Part shown: one piece after another, positions 28,601 through 39,237 of the stretch
How positions within the stretch are numbered: position 1 is the stretch's first letter
How the letters are laid out: each line of letters starts with the position of its first letter
Origin: Candidatus Sungiibacteriota bacterium
Lineage (GTDB): Bacteria > Patescibacteriota > Minisyncoccia > Sungbacterales > HO2-52-23
Length of the DNA stretch: 55,232 nucleotides
NCBI GenBank assembly: GCA_016432465.1
Contig: CP066690.1
Location: forward strand, 1 to 55,232
Reading direction: 5' to 3'
Position numbers and translations under genes: made by a program
The notes under the pieces: model-generated
The model's input: only the letters and a program-made list of their open reading frames with translations
What the model was told of the DNA's origin: nothing
The model's database searches: none

Positions 28601-29272
28601 AACACCCTCAAGGATTTTTCTTAAGGCCTCTGCGCCAATAGCGGCCTCAAACACTTCTCCAATTTTTTTGCTTAAACGATGGTACTCAACTTCGGAAATT
28701 ACCTGATGGATGTGTAAACCACGCAGCTCTTCCTTAATCCGCTCTTTGGTGCTTTTCAGCTGAACCAATTCTTCCCCTTTGATATTTTTTGATTTTATGC
28801 GGAACTCGCGCTCAATTTCTTCAAGCGCCCGTAAACGCACCTCTTCATCAACCCTGGTTACAATGTAGCCGGCAAAATATATCACTTTTTCCAGATCATT
28901 TACCGATACGTCCAGCACTAGTCCGATTTTGGAAGGCACGCCGCGGAGAAACCAGATATGGGAAACCGGTGCAGCCAATTTTATATGACCCATCCGTTCA
29001 CGCCTGACGATAGCCCGCGTAACCTCTACACCGCATTTATCGCAAACAATTCCTTTATAACGTATCCTACGGTATTTGCCGCAGTAACACTCCCAATCTT
29101 TTGTTGGTCCAAAAATACGTTCATCAAAAAGACCGTCGCGTTCGGGTTTGGCGGTGCGATAATTGATAGTTTCGGGTTTAGTAATTTCCCCGTGCGACCA
29201 CGACAAAATATCCTCGGGTGAGGCAAGTTTAAGTTTAAGACCGCTAAAATCTATAGCTGAAGCTAACTCCAT
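25625..29272 (-). CDS. rpoC: RNA polymerase beta' subunit
   Basis: [40 protein letters not shown]. Confidence 0.99.
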   Translation of the reverse strand: MELASAIDFSGLKLKLASPEDILSWSHGEITKPETINYRTAKPERDGLFDERIFGPTKDWECYCGKYRRIRYKGIVCDKCGVEVTRAIVRRERMGHIKLAAPVSHIWFLRGVPSKIGLVLDVSVNDLEKVIYFAGYIVTRVDEEVRLRALEEIEREFRIKSKNIKGEELVQLKSTKERIKEELRGLHIHQVISEVEYHRLSKKIGEVFEAAIGAEALRKILEGVDLEKLKSALETEYLDQPPMIKRKTLRRLQIIRGMIRARVRPEWMFLTMIPVIPPDLRPMVQLDGGRYATSDLNDLYRRVINRNNRLKKLFELNAPEVITRNEKRMLQEAVDALIDNSIRRGMAPVASQAQRRPLKSLADILKGKQGRFRQNLLGKRVDYSGRSVIVVGPELELQECGIPKKMALELFKPFVIRRLIERELAHNIRGAGRLIEDQDPNVWAILEEVIKKRYVLLNRAPTLHRLGIQAFQPVLIEGDAIQIHPMVCPAFNADFDGDQMAVHLPLTDEAQVEARDIMLSAKNLLKPATGDPIVNPTQDMVLGSYFATTMVEGSRGEGKTFPSAEEAVLAYDFGILDLRSRIKVRLAKKEILDEGAVVPKDISGLVETSVGRILLNRALPSDFPFVNQQLKNKDLAEVIAQVIKRYGIQNTPPILDNIKKFGFEYATKSGISWGMNDLVIPQEKKEMIKTAENAVTKIVDQYQRGLLTEKEKYDRIVEVWQGVVDKITTLVPGALDKAGSIYSMVDAKARGSWTQIRQMSGMKGLVVNPAGKIIELPVLSSYKEGLNVLEYFISTHGARKGTADTALRTAAAGYLTRRLVDVAQDIIITEEDCKTKQGFEVTFKDSEEINKTLGRRAFGRILFDDVKDPATGTTLILGGKLVERDEARIINDKKIESVKIRSPITCRSISGVCQACYGYDLGNNIPIKPGEAVGIVAAQAIGEPGTQLTMRTFHTGGVAGGGDITTGLPRVEEIFEARPPKGRAILAEVAGEVVEIMEAGREKIIKVRAEPEPAVAKTKKKSLLKLLGGGEEIKEFTIPPATGILVEAGQKIKKGDLLSEGHADLRELFRLAGQSMTERYIIKEVQKIYSLQGAPIHDKHIEIIVRQMFSRVRIKDAGNTGFSEGEVVEKRELRRANIAAVRAGKKPATAFQLLLGITRVALSTESFLSAASFQETARVLIDAAVRGRVDGLRGLKENVIIGRLIPAGTGYRKIV

Positions 29273-29292
29273 ATAAAATAAATACGCAAAAC

Positions 29293-32200
29293 TTATTTAA
29301 CTTTTTGACGCTCGCGGTCCGCTTTTAACGCCGGCGCTGGCTTTTTATCTTCCTGACTTTCTTTATAAACAGTTTCCACGTTAAGCGCCAAACCCTTTAA
29401 TTCGTTGACTAAAACATTAAACGAGGCCGGTAAGTTGGGATTTTTAATCTTCTCGCCGTTGATAATGGCTTCGTAAGTGGAAGACCTGCCCAAAACATCG
29501 TCTGATTTTATGGTTAACATCTCCTGCAGAGTATGTGCGGCTCCGTACCCTTCCAGAGCCCAAACCTCCATTTCTCCAAATCTTTGTCCGCCAAACTGCG
29601 CTTTTCCTCCCAGGGGTTGCTGAGTAATAAGTGAATAAGGACCTATGGAACGCATATGAATTTTATCTTCAACCAAATGTATTAATTTTAGAATATACAT
29701 GTAACCTACCGTAATCTTTTGGCCAAACCTTTCACCTGTACGGCCATCGACTAAAGTTATCTTTCCGTCTTCGGGAAGACCCGCTTTTTTTAACTCATCC
29801 TTGATTTCATGTTCCCCAACTCCATGCAGGGCCGGAGTTATAGCACGGTATCCGAGTTTATAGGCTGCCCAGCCCAAATGCGTCTCAAGAATCTGTCCCA
29901 GATTCATACGCGAAGCCACACCCATAGGATTTAAAATCATATCCACCGGCGTTCCGTCTTCCAGGTGAGGCATATCTTCTTCCGGAAGAATTTTGGCAAT
30001 TACGCCTTTGTTTCCATGCCGCCCGGCCAGTTTGTCGCCCACCGCCACCTTTCTTAACTGTGCCACGTCAACCTGCACCCGCTTAATTACTCCAGCCTCC
30101 AGTTTATCGCCCTGCTCCCGGGAAAATATTTTAACGCCCACCACGCGGCCTCTTTTTCCGTGCGAGAGACGAAGTGAAGTATCTTTAACATCTCTGGCTT
30201 TCTCGCCAAATATAGCCCGAAGCAGTTTTTCCTCCGGTGTAAGGTCTGATTCTCCTTTGGGAGATATCTTGCCAACCAAAATGTCTCCGGAGTGCACTTC
30301 GGCGCCAATCCGTATAATTCCGTCTTCATCAAGATTCCTTAGTTTTTCTTCTCCAACGTTAGGTATGTCGGGGGTGGTAATTTCCGGACCAAGTTTAGTG
30401 TCCCGAACATCTATGGAAAAATCTTCTATATGTATGGAGGTGTAAGTATCATCTTCCAACAAACGTTCCGAAATTATGATGGCATCCTCATAGTTTGTCC
30501 CGGACCAGGAAAGAAAGGCGACCAGTACATTTTGGCCAAGCGCCAATTCCCCTTCTGCGGTGGAGGAACTGTCCGCCAGCACGCATCCTTTTTTAATCTT
30601 GTCGCCCTTTGAAACAACCGGCCACTGCCTGATAGCGGTAAAAGCGTTGGTTCTTAGAAATGACACCAAAGGATAATCGTGGATTTTATTGTTTTTACTT
30701 TTTATGGCAATATGCCGCGCATCTATTTCTTCCACCACGCCGTCTTCTTGAGCAACTATGACCCTGCCCGAATCGCGTGCGGCGCGCGGCTCCATCCCGG
30801 TTCCCACCAAAGGCGCAAAGGAGCGAACGCAAGGAACAGCCTGACGCTGCATATTTGAACCCATCATGGCGCGGTTGGCATCGTCATGCTCAAGAAACGG
30901 AATGAGGCTAGTAGCAATACTTATGGCCTGTTGGGGAGAAACATCAATATAGTCAACATCTTCCCGACTCACTACGCCGGGAGATCCGTGCGCACGCGCC
31001 TCTACCCGTTCTTCAACAATGTGGCCGCTATCGTCAACCGCAATTCCTGCGTGGGCAATGTTATACTTTATCTCTACAGCCGCATTTAAATACTCTACTT
31101 CATTAGCAAGCTTCCCGCTCTTTACCTTAAGGTACGGCGTTTCAATCAAACCAAGAGCATTAAGGCGGGCATATCCTGCCAAATGCCCCACTAAACCAAT
31201 ATTGGGGCCCTCCGGTGTTTGGATTGGACAAATTCTTCCGTAGTGCGAGGGATGAACGTCCCGAACCTCAAAGCCGGCGCGCTCCCTTTGCAGTCCCCCC
31301 GGACCCATAGCCGAGAGCCTGCGTTTATGCTCCAATTCGGAAAGAGGATTTACTTGATCCATGAACTGCGAGAGCTGGGAAGAGGTAAAAAATTCTTTAA
31401 CCGCTGCCGTAAAGGGGCGAGCATTTATCACCTGTGCCGGTGTTAACATAAAAGGATCAAGGGTTGACATTCGGTCGCGAACAATTCTATTCATCCGGGC
31501 CACACCCACACGCAGTTTGTTTTGCAGCAGTTCTCCCACTCCTCTGACTCTACGATTTCCCAAATGATCAATGTCGTCTGCCGGCGCATCACCGCTATTA
31601 TTTAGACGGATGACTTCCTTGAGCACCCCCGTTATATCAGCTAAATCTAAAATCCTATTTTTGGGATTTTTGGGGTCTTTTTTTAAATCAAGACGCTGAT
31701 TAAATTTATATCTGCCAACTTCTGCTAAATCATAGCGGTCGGAGCTAAACATGGAGTTAATAAGAGAACGGGCGTTATCAACCGTGGCCAGATCCCCCGG
31801 ACGAATACGCTTATAAATTTCTATAAACGCCTCATCCGCATTTTTGGACGGGTCGCGCTCCAAAGTTTTTTTAATATAAGGTGTTTCTCCGGAGTCTACG
31901 TCCTTAAATATGTCCAGTATGGCGTCATTTTCCAGCGAGCCAAAGATGCGTAAAATAGCCGTGGCCGGAATTTTTCTTTTACGGTCAATTTTGACATTGA
32001 TCGTTCCGTCAGAGTCAGTCTCAAACTCAAGCCAGGCGCCGCGGTTGGGAATAACCTTTGCCCCAAAATATCGCTTACCGCGCACAGCATAATTAGTGAA
32101 ATAAACGCCCGAAGATCGGATAAGCTGCGAGACCACCACACGTTCCACGCCGTTTACAATAAAGGTGCCCCGCGGCGTCATCAATGGAAAATCGCCCAGA

Positions 32201-32511
32201 TAAATTTCCTGCTCTTTTACCTCTTTGATTTTTTTGTTGGTAAGCCGGGCCTTAATTCTTAAGGCCGCCTCGTACGACAAGTTGTGATCTCTGGCCTGCA
32301 CTTCGGTATACTTTGGTTCGTCCAACGCATAACTCACAAACTCAAGCACAAACTCCTGACCTCCGAATTCTTCTTTAACAGGCGACACCTCGTCAAAAAG
32401 CTCTTTCAGGCCCTGATCAAAAAACCATTGATATGAATTCAACTGAACCTCCGCCAAATTGGGAAGTTCAATAGCAGGGGGTTTATAAAGAGAAAAATAC
32501 TTTTTTTCCAT
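29293..32511 (-). CDS. rpoB: RNA polymerase beta subunit
   Basis: [41 protein letters not shown]; start taken at MEKK (32511). Confidence 0.99.
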   Translation of the reverse strand: MEKKYFSLYKPPAIELPNLAEVQLNSYQWFFDQGLKELFDEVSPVKEEFGGQEFVLEFVSYALDEPKYTEVQARDHNLSYEAALRIKARLTNKKIKEVKEQEIYLGDFPLMTPRGTFIVNGVERVVVSQLIRSSGVYFTNYAVRGKRYFGAKVIPNRGAWLEFETDSDGTINVKIDRKRKIPATAILRIFGSLENDAILDIFKDVDSGETPYIKKTLERDPSKNADEAFIEIYKRIRPGDLATVDNARSLINSMFSSDRYDLAEVGRYKFNQRLDLKKDPKNPKNRILDLADITGVLKEVIRLNNSGDAPADDIDHLGNRRVRGVGELLQNKLRVGVARMNRIVRDRMSTLDPFMLTPAQVINARPFTAAVKEFFTSSQLSQFMDQVNPLSELEHKRRLSAMGPGGLQRERAGFEVRDVHPSHYGRICPIQTPEGPNIGLVGHLAGYARLNALGLIETPYLKVKSGKLANEVEYLNAAVEIKYNIAHAGIAVDDSGHIVEERVEARAHGSPGVVSREDVDYIDVSPQQAISIATSLIPFLEHDDANRAMMGSNMQRQAVPCVRSFAPLVGTGMEPRAARDSGRVIVAQEDGVVEEIDARHIAIKSKNNKIHDYPLVSFLRTNAFTAIRQWPVVSKGDKIKKGCVLADSSSTAEGELALGQNVLVAFLSWSGTNYEDAIIISERLLEDDTYTSIHIEDFSIDVRDTKLGPEITTPDIPNVGEEKLRNLDEDGIIRIGAEVHSGDILVGKISPKGESDLTPEEKLLRAIFGEKARDVKDTSLRLSHGKRGRVVGVKIFSREQGDKLEAGVIKRVQVDVAQLRKVAVGDKLAGRHGNKGVIAKILPEEDMPHLEDGTPVDMILNPMGVASRMNLGQILETHLGWAAYKLGYRAITPALHGVGEHEIKDELKKAGLPEDGKITLVDGRTGERFGQKITVGYMYILKLIHLVEDKIHMRSIGPYSLITQQPLGGKAQFGGQRFGEMEVWALEGYGAAHTLQEMLTIKSDDVLGRSSTYEAIINGEKIKNPNLPASFNVLVNELKGLALNVETVYKESQEDKKPAPALKADRERQKVK

Positions 32512-32787
32512 GAAAAATTGGACAAAAATATAATACACCCCAATAAACCCTCTATTTAGGGGTTAACAATCAACTTTGCGATTGCTATTTAGGCTCGCAA
32601 ATAGTCTTAAAGTTTATTTAAATATTCTGAAACAGCCTAAAACAATCAATCTGAATATATATCAATAATACTCCAGCCCTTAAAATTAGTCAAGGGGTGT
32701 GCATGTGGATAACTTATTACGCGTAAAGGGGGGTCAGGGTGAAGCAAATATTTGCCAATCCCGCCTTGTTCTGTTAAGCTCAAGACA

Positions 32788-33123
32788 ATGGGTTTTATTT
32801 ATAAACTTGTTGCTAAAGTAATACTAAACGCCGTGGCCCTTTATATTGTGGGGCGGTATTTTCAAAATTTTCAACTGGGTGGAGGCATAGAGACCTTGAT
32901 TGTCGCGGCCTTGGTGCTTGCGGCCCTAAATACCTTTCTTAGACCCATTCTAAAACTTGTGAGCACTCCTCTTCTCTGGGTTACATTTGGACTCTTTAAC
33001 CTGGTGCTTAACATGGCACTCCTCTGGATAGCAGATAGCTTATTAACACAGCTCGCCATAAATGATCTCACAACGCTCTTTTGGACATCAATTTTGATTG
33101 CTTTAGCTAATTCTTTCTTCTAA
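32788..33123 (+). CDS. Four-TM phage-holin-family (DUF360-like) membrane protein
   Basis: LNTFLRPILKLVSTPL...TFGLFNLVLN motif. Confidence 0.8.
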   Translation: MGFIYKLVAKVILNAVALYIVGRYFQNFQLGGGIETLIVAALVLAALNTFLRPILKLVSTPLLWVTFGLFNLVLNMALLWIADSLLTQLAINDLTTLFWTSILIALANSFF

Positions 33124-33135
33124 TTAACATATTGC

Positions 33136-33351
33136 ATGGGCTTTATTTTTATTTTTCAAATAGTCATATCCCTGCTTCTGGTTGCGGCGATTTTATTCCA
33201 ACAGCGAGGCGGTGGCCTCTCTCCGGTTTTTGGGGGTGAGGGCGGCGTATACCGCACCAGACGCGGTATTGAAAAAACAGTGCATCGGGCAACGGTTATT
33301 CTTTCAATTCTTTTCTTGCTGACAGCCCTCCTGAATATAATCCTTAGATGA
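33136..33351 (+). CDS. secG: Preprotein translocase subunit SecG
   Basis: ILFQQRGGGLS..FGG...RTRRGIEK between two TM helices. Confidence 0.9.
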   Translation: MGFIFIFQIVISLLLVAAILFQQRGGGLSPVFGGEGGVYRTRRGIEKTVHRATVILSILFLLTALLNIILR

Positions 33352-35114
33352 AATTAATTAAAAAATACTTACGATCTTGTATAAAAGAAGTGAGATTTCG
33401 GCGCATCCTGCGCCGCTGGAAACTTTTGAGTTTCCGTAAACTGCTTTACTTTCCACATATCCTTAATAAAAAAGAGCGGCGTTTTTTTTATTCTCTTACC
33501 CTGCTTGTAATCATCAGTGGACTGGCGATTTTTCTGCGTATCTATTTCAAGGTCAGCTACCCGGTAGCGCAGGTCGGCAAAACTTATACTGAAGGGGTGC
33601 TTAAAAACCCCAGAACCATAAACCCGGTCTATGCCACCCAAGACGCAGATCGCGACTTGGCTCGGCTCATTTTCTCAAGTATTTTAATTTACAATTCTTC
33701 CGGTCAGGTAGAACTGGACCTAGCGGAGTCCTTGGATATAAGCCCGGACGCCAAGGCATATACCCTGACTCTTCGCAAAAACGTCTTTTGGCACGATTCT
33801 GAACCTCTGACCGTAGATGATGTTCTTTTCACTATAAAAACTATACAAAACCCACTCTATAAGAGTCCACTGCGAGCAAATTGGCAGGGAGTTGATATAG
33901 AAAAACTGGATCAGTCAACTATCCGTTTCACACTCCGTACGCCGTATGCGCCTTTTATTGAAAATCTAACCTTGGGTATTATTCCTAAACATCTTTGGGA
34001 AAAAATATCACCGGAGCAGGCCCTGCTGCACGAACTTAACCTGAAACCGGTTGGCTCCGGGCCGTATAAATTTGAAAGATTCAAACAGGCCAAGGACGGA
34101 TCAATAATTTGGTACCGCATGCAACGCAATTCGCAATATTATCGGGACGGACCATACCTTAATAAAATTATATTTGTTTTTTTCAAGACCGAGGAGGAGC
34201 TTATAGCCGCTTGGCGCAAGAGAGACATAGAGGGATTTGGCCCGGCACCAGCAAATATTCTGCGTGAAGTTGGAGAAAGATCCTCCATCCGCACTATAAA
34301 AATGCCGAGGATTTTTGGCGTATTTTTTAATGAAAAAAAATCACCGCTTCTGGGCAGGGGGCCCGTTAAAAAGGCGGTGGTACTGGCCATTGACCCAACG
34401 GTCGTGGCCAGAGAATCCATCTCTGGCGAGGCAATTCCTACAAGTTCTCCCTTACCTTTTGTAAACATAAATAGTGACGCCGGTTTGGAATTTAACCCTG
34501 ATGCTGCAAGGAAATTACTTAAGGAGGACGGTTGGAAAGACGAAGACGGAGACGGTATACTGGATAAAAAAGCGCGCCAAAAGGGGAAAGACGTCCTGAC
34601 CCCCCTTCGTTTCACCCTTACCACTTCGGACTGGCCAGATCTTGTAAGGGGCGCAGATCTTATAAAGTCTATGCTGCGTGAGGTGGGTATTGACGTTGTG
34701 GTTGAGAAAAAAATCTTTACGGAGCTGGAAACTTCGGTAATACGGCCACGCAACTTTGAATTACTGCTCTTTGGACAGGTATACGGATATGAGACTGATC
34801 CCTTTACCTTCTGGCACTCTTCACAAATTAAGGATCCCGGACTTAATGTTACGCTTTATAGCAACAAGAGGGTGGACGGGCTTTTAGAAGAGGCGCGCCG
34901 TACCTCAAATCCTGATCTTCGCGAAAAGAAGTATTTAGAATTTATAGGGCTCCTGCAAAAAGACATACCCGCTGTTTTTCTTTACTCCCAACTTTATTTA
35001 TATCTGCTTCCGGACAGCCTCAAGGGCGCAGAGATAGAAAAAATTTCACTGCCATCGGATCGTTTTAACCAAATCAACAAATGGCATAAAAAAACCAAAA
35101 GGGTGTTTAAGTAA
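33348..35114 (+). CDS. Peptide ABC transporter substrate-binding protein (family 5)
   Basis: PRTINPV, WHDSEPLTVDDVLFT, PVGSGPYKF motifs; N-terminal TM. Confidence 0.88.
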   Translation: MKLIKKYLRSCIKEVRFRRILRRWKLLSFRKLLYFPHILNKKERRFFYSLTLLVIISGLAIFLRIYFKVSYPVAQVGKTYTEGVLKNPRTINPVYATQDADRDLARLIFSSILIYNSSGQVELDLAESLDISPDAKAYTLTLRKNVFWHDSEPLTVDDVLFTIKTIQNPLYKSPLRANWQGVDIEKLDQSTIRFTLRTPYAPFIENLTLGIIPKHLWEKISPEQALLHELNLKPVGSGPYKFERFKQAKDGSIIWYRMQRNSQYYRDGPYLNKIIFVFFKTEEELIAAWRKRDIEGFGPAPANILREVGERSSIRTIKMPRIFGVFFNEKKSPLLGRGPVKKAVVLAIDPTVVARESISGEAIPTSSPLPFVNINSDAGLEFNPDAARKLLKEDGWKDEDGDGILDKKARQKGKDVLTPLRFTLTTSDWPDLVRGADLIKSMLREVGIDVVVEKKIFTELETSVIRPRNFELLLFGQVYGYETDPFTFWHSSQIKDPGLNVTLYSNKRVDGLLEEARRTSNPDLREKKYLEFIGLLQKDIPAVFLYSQLYLYLLPDSLKGAEIEKISLPSDRFNQINKWHKKTKRVFK

Positions 35115-35174
35115 TACTACATGTACATAGCATCTAGTGCAGTGGAAGAAATATAAAAAGCGAGCGAAGCGAAG

Positions 35175-35213
35175 CCCCGAACCGTATCGCCGAAAGCGAT
35201 TCTGGTTCTGGGG
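35175..35213. repeat. Intergenic palindromic element
   Basis: CCCCGAACC-GTATCGC-CGAAA-GCGATTC-TGGTTC-TGGGG. Confidence 0.6.
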
Positions 35214-35232
35214 TATCACGGGGATGGTGAAT

Positions 35233-35317
35233 AAAAAAACCCCGGGGTTGGCAGTAGCTACCTGAAAGGGCTACCGTTCCCCAGGGGCCAGAGGACGGAT
35301 TCCAACCGCCTCTGACA
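35233..35317 (-). ncRNA. Putative small RNA 1 (~85 nt, two hairpins, U-tail)
   Basis: Follows the duplicated promoter; ends in a CCCTGGGG/CCCCGGGG stem plus T7. Confidence 0.5.
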
Positions 35318-35322
35318 TTATT

Positions 35323-35351
35323 CATTATATCAAACCCACAGAATTTGTCAA
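35323..35351 (-). promoter_or_regulatory. Sigma70-type promoter, copy 1
   Basis: TTGACA-N16-TATAAT with extended TGn; 29 bp identical to 35741-35769. Confidence 0.8.
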
Positions 35352-35370
35352 TAGGCAGAAAAGTGGCTTA

Positions 35371-35400
35371 TCCGCCGGAGGCGGACCCGCCTCTGGCGGG
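35371..35400. repeat. Family A palindrome, intergenic copy
   Basis: TCCGCCGGAGGCGGACCCGCCTCTGGCGGG. Confidence 0.85.
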
Positions 35401-35590
35401 AAATAGGGATAAGCTGGCACTATAAAATCCGCGTGATATTTTGTAAGCTTCAAGAAGCAACAGAGGTGTCATGGGACATGGGGCTAGAGTATGGATTTTG
35501 ACCTGATTGAAGTTTGACTTCAATCAAAAAGAAATAGAAAATCCCAGTGGGTCAGTGAATAAGAACTAGAAGTGTCATGGGGCGTAGGGG

Positions 35591-35735
35591 AAAAAAAGAG
35601 CACCTCCATTGGAAGTGCCCGACCCAGGGCCGGTAGTTCCGGCATTCACCCCCTCGGTCTTGTCCGAGGGGCGTGGGAGGTGCAGAGTGCTCGGGCTTCA
35701 ATCCCTGGACTTATACCCCGGCTCTCACCTCTACA
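35591..35735 (-). ncRNA. Putative small RNA 2 (~145 nt, multi-stem, U-tail)
   Basis: Follows the duplicated promoter; GCACCTCC/GGAGGTGC closing stem followed closely by T7. Confidence 0.5.
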
Positions 35736-35740
35736 TCATA

Positions 35741-35769
35741 CATTATATCAAACCCACAGAATTTGTCAA
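35741..35769 (-). promoter_or_regulatory. Sigma70-type promoter, copy 2
   Basis: Identical 29-mer to 35323-35351. Confidence 0.8.
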
Positions 35770-35776
35770 GCACTGC

Positions 35777-35805
35777 TTGCATCCAAAATTTAGATATGCT
35801 ATAAT
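35777..35805 (+). promoter_or_regulatory. Promoter for tRNA-Leu/rnj, back to back with promoter copy 2
   Basis: TTGCAT-N17-TATAAT with TGn. Confidence 0.65.
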
Positions 35806-35832
35806 GGAAGTAAGCTCTTGGAGAGCGCCCTT

Positions 35833-35849
35833 GGGAAGTCAGACTTCCC
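35833..35849. repeat. Family D palindrome GGGAAGTCAGACTTCCC
   Basis: Same as the units at 25581-25616; variant at 39709-39725. Confidence 0.75.
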
Positions 35850-35948
35850 TTACTAAAGGACTTTCTCCAAGGGATAAATCTCTCAATAAATAACTACTTT
35901 TTAGTTTTTACTATTTTAATTTAACCGTCTTAAAAATATTAAGGAGGC

Positions 35949-36032
35949 GGGGACGTGGTGAAATTGGCAGACACGCAGCGTTCAGGGCGCTGTGAGCGCA
36001 AGCTCATGAGAGTTCAAGTCTCTCCGTCCCCA
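35949..36032 (+). tRNA. tRNA-Leu(CAG)
   Basis: GGGGACG/CGTCCCC acceptor, CAGCG-TTCAGGG-CGCTG anticodon arm, long variable arm; CCA not encoded. Confidence 0.96.
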
Positions 36033-36064
36033 TCAGTATTATTTAATCTAAATAAAATAAAATA

Positions 36065-37807
36065 ATGACTCCATATAAAACGCTTGCCCGACGTCCGATG
36101 CCAAGGATGCCGGAGTTTAAAATAGCGCCTCAAAAATCAAGAGGCCATCTTAAATTTGTGCCGCTCGGAGGGTGCGGAGAAGTAACGCGCAGTATGTATA
36201 TCTACGAGTATGATGATGATATTGTCATAATTGATATGGGACTGCAGTTTCCCGAGGAAGATATGCCGGGTATTGACTATTTAATACCAAATGTTGAGTA
36301 TCTCAAGAACAAAAAGAGGAATATCCGCGGGGTAGTAATTACCCACGGCCATTATGACCATATCGGCGCTATCCCCCATCTTCTGGATGTTCTGGGCAAC
36401 CCGCCTATTTATACCACGGCTCTTACGCGCGGCATGATTCTAAAACGACAGGAGGATTTCCACGGATCCCCCAAGCCTAAAATTGAGGTCATAACTCCGG
36501 AGTCGCGCCTGAAACTTGGCTCTTTTGCGATTGAGTTTTTCCATGTCAACCACAACATTCCCGACTGCGTGGGTGTGGTTTTAAAAACTCCTGCCGGTAC
36601 TATGGTGCACACGGGAGACTTTAAATTTGACCATACGCCTGTTAACGAAAAGCCGGCAGATATATCCAGAATATCCCAGATAGGAAAAGACGGGGTTTTA
36701 ATGCTGGTGTCGGAAAGCACTGATGCCGAGCTTCCCGGACATCAAATTTCTGAAACCGACGTTCAAAAATCACTGGAGGAGATTTTTAAAGCAGCCCGCG
36801 GCCGCATAATTGCGGCTACTTTTGCTTCTCTTCTTACGCGTATCCAGCAGCTGATTTGGCTTTCGGAAAAATATGGACGCAAAGTGCTTATTGAGGGCTA
36901 CAGCATGAAGCAAAACGTGGCTGTGGCGCAGGAGCTTGGTTATTTAAAAGTAAAAAAAGGCACGTTTATCACCAGTAAAGAACTGGACAACTTTAAGGAC
37001 GAACGCGTAACAATTGTCTGCACCGGCGCGCAGGGCGAGGATCATGCCGTTTTAATGAGAATTGCCAACAACGAGCATAAAACCATTTCACTAAAACCAA
37101 CCGATTCGGTGCTTTTCTCCTCCTCGGTCATTCCCGGAAATGAGGCAACAGTACAAAGGCTTAAAGACGTACTCTATAAAAAAGCGGCCAAAGTTTATCA
37201 CTACGCCACTATGGATATTCACGCCGGAGGACATGCCAAGCGGGAAGAACTTAAACAAATGATTGATCTCATTAAACCCAAATACTTTATACCCATTCAT
37301 GGAAACTACTTTATGTTAAAACTACATGCCGACCTTGCCGAAAACTCCGGTATACCCAGACAAAATATAATGATCGCCGAGGATGGAGACATAATAAATA
37401 TCGGCAGGGATGAGATTAAAAAACTAAAAGAGCGCGCGCCAACAGATTACGTTATGGTGGATGGTTTGGGCGTGGGCGACATTAAAGAGGTCGTATTGCG
37501 CGACCGCCAGCACTTAGCAGAAGACGGGATATTTGTTATCATAGCCATAGTAGATTCCCAAACCGGCAAAGTACGGACGAGTCCCGATATAATCTCCCGC
37601 GGATTTATTTACCTAAAAGAGTCGCAGGAGCTCCTGAAAGAAGTACGCCACAAAGTTAGAAAAATTGTTGAAGATACAACCACGGGCGGAACTCATCCCG
37701 TCAACTGGACGCATGTTAAAGATAATTTGCGCGAGAAAATTGGACAATTTTTGTTTTCCAAAACAGAACGGCGTCCCATGGTGCTTCCGGTTGTAATTGA
37801 GGTATAA
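36065..37807 (+). CDS. rnj: Ribonuclease J
   Basis: PLGGCGEV, THGHYDHIGA, HTGDFK, HAGGHA, RRPMVLPVVIEV. Confidence 0.97.
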   Translation: MTPYKTLARRPMPRMPEFKIAPQKSRGHLKFVPLGGCGEVTRSMYIYEYDDDIVIIDMGLQFPEEDMPGIDYLIPNVEYLKNKKRNIRGVVITHGHYDHIGAIPHLLDVLGNPPIYTTALTRGMILKRQEDFHGSPKPKIEVITPESRLKLGSFAIEFFHVNHNIPDCVGVVLKTPAGTMVHTGDFKFDHTPVNEKPADISRISQIGKDGVLMLVSESTDAELPGHQISETDVQKSLEEIFKAARGRIIAATFASLLTRIQQLIWLSEKYGRKVLIEGYSMKQNVAVAQELGYLKVKKGTFITSKELDNFKDERVTIVCTGAQGEDHAVLMRIANNEHKTISLKPTDSVLFSSSVIPGNEATVQRLKDVLYKKAAKVYHYATMDIHAGGHAKREELKQMIDLIKPKYFIPIHGNYFMLKLHADLAENSGIPRQNIMIAEDGDIINIGRDEIKKLKERAPTDYVMVDGLGVGDIKEVVLRDRQHLAEDGIFVIIAIVDSQTGKVRTSPDIISRGFIYLKESQELLKEVRHKVRKIVEDTTTGGTHPVNWTHVKDNLREKIGQFLFSKTERRPMVLPVVIEV

Positions 37808-37891
37808 ACTAAAGCTTATAGGAATTAGCTTGTAGCTTATAGACGAAGGGCCGTCTACCTACAAACTACCAGCTAAAAGCTATCTTCCCTC

Positions 37892-38872
37892 GTGAAAACG
37901 TTATTAAGCGGCATACAACCTTCCGGAAACCTGCATATTGGAAATTATCTGGGCGCAATTAAGCACTGGGTGGAACTCCAAAAAAAATATCGCGAATTTA
38001 TTGCGATCGTGGATTTGCACGCCATAACCGTGCCTCAAAATCCAAAAATACTTTACCAAAAAACGCTGGAAATAGCGGCGCTTTTGCTTGCCTGCGGAAT
38101 TAATCCTAAAAAATCAATACTCTTTGTCCAGTCACACGTGCCGGCTCACACTGAACTTGCCTGGATTTTAAATACTTTGACACCAGTGGGAGAACTGGAA
38201 CGGATGACACAGTTTAAGGAAAAGCAGGAGAGATCAGGAGCCTTGGCCGGCCTTCTTAATTACCCTATTTTGCAAGCAGCTGATATTCTTCTCTACCGCC
38301 CGGATGTCGTGCCAGTGGGTGAAGACCAGCTCCAGCATATTGAATTTACACGGACTCTTGCGCGGAAATTTAATAATCGTTTTGGTAAAACATTCAAGGA
38401 ACCAAAAGCTTTACTGCAAAAAGACGCGGCGCGCGTTATGGGACTGGATAATCCCGCAAAGAAAATGTCCAAATCAGCTCCCAGCCCCAATAATTATATT
38501 GCGCTTTTTGATTCACCCGCCCAAATCCGCAGAAAAATTAAAATCGCCGTTACTGATTCCGGCAGCGAAGTGCGCTATGACCAAAAAATAAAGCCGGCTA
38601 TTTCCAATCTTATGACTATTTACTCCGCCTTTGCCGGACTTTCCCGCGCCCAAATTGAGAAAAAATACCGAGGAAAGGGTTATGCCGAGTTTAAAAATGA
38701 TCTGGGAGAACTTTTAGTAAGGAGGCTTGCACCCATCCAAAAAAAATACCAAACCCTTATCAAAAATAAAAAAGCGCTCCTTGCTATCTTGAAACAAGGA
38801 GCCAAAGAGGCAGACAAAACCGCTTCCGTAACGCTTCGTCTGGTCAAAGAACGAGTTGGATTTGTGAGTTGA
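37892..38872 (+). CDS. trpS: Tryptophan--tRNA ligase
   Basis: SGIQPSG.LHIGNY, YPILQAADIL, GEDQ.QH, KMSKS. Confidence 0.98.
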   Translation: MKTLLSGIQPSGNLHIGNYLGAIKHWVELQKKYREFIAIVDLHAITVPQNPKILYQKTLEIAALLLACGINPKKSILFVQSHVPAHTELAWILNTLTPVGELERMTQFKEKQERSGALAGLLNYPILQAADILLYRPDVVPVGEDQLQHIEFTRTLARKFNNRFGKTFKEPKALLQKDAARVMGLDNPAKKMSKSAPSPNNYIALFDSPAQIRRKIKIAVTDSGSEVRYDQKIKPAISNLMTIYSAFAGLSRAQIEKKYRGKGYAEFKNDLGELLVRRLAPIQKKYQTLIKNKKALLAILKQGAKEADKTASVTLRLVKERVGFVS

Positions 38873-38881
38873 TACAATATT

Positions 38882-39136
38882 TCAGTGTCTGCCAAGTATG
38901 TCGCGGAGTCTTACTCTCCGACCATCACAAAGATAAATCTGGGGCTCACCACGACAGATCTGATTTTTAAGATCTCCGGGCAACTCTACCTCGTCCAGCA
39001 CTTCATCTATTTTCCGCAGAAGTTCATCAACCGCTTCGGAACATTGACCCCGATGTCTGGTCGGTAACTTTATTCTCTTACTTTCTTGGCCGTCTTCGGG
39101 GCCCCCGCATGGAGGTATTTTCTGGCTTTGACGCAT
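38882..39136 (-). CDS. Small hypothetical protein
   Basis: 84 aa ORF filling the trpS-rpiB gap. Confidence 0.4.
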   Translation of the reverse strand: MRQSQKIPPCGGPEDGQESKRIKLPTRHRGQCSEAVDELLRKIDEVLDEVELPGDLKNQICRGEPQIYLCDGRRVRLRDILGRH

Positions 39137-39237
39137 TACTTAAACCCACTTTTTCTCAATTCTAGCATCCTAAAAACAAATTGACAACAGGCCAAGTTAT
39201 ATTAAAGTAGATATTGGTCTGCCGGAAGGACTCACAG

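Noticed and set aside
10977-32511. Inteins or introns in dnaB, recA, rpoB or rpoC
   Set aside because: Protein lengths are normal or short and the motifs are contiguous
35591-35735. Lysine or purine riboswitch
   Set aside because: Only short matches (TAGAGGTG, TATAA); core motifs are absent and there is no downstream gene on that strand
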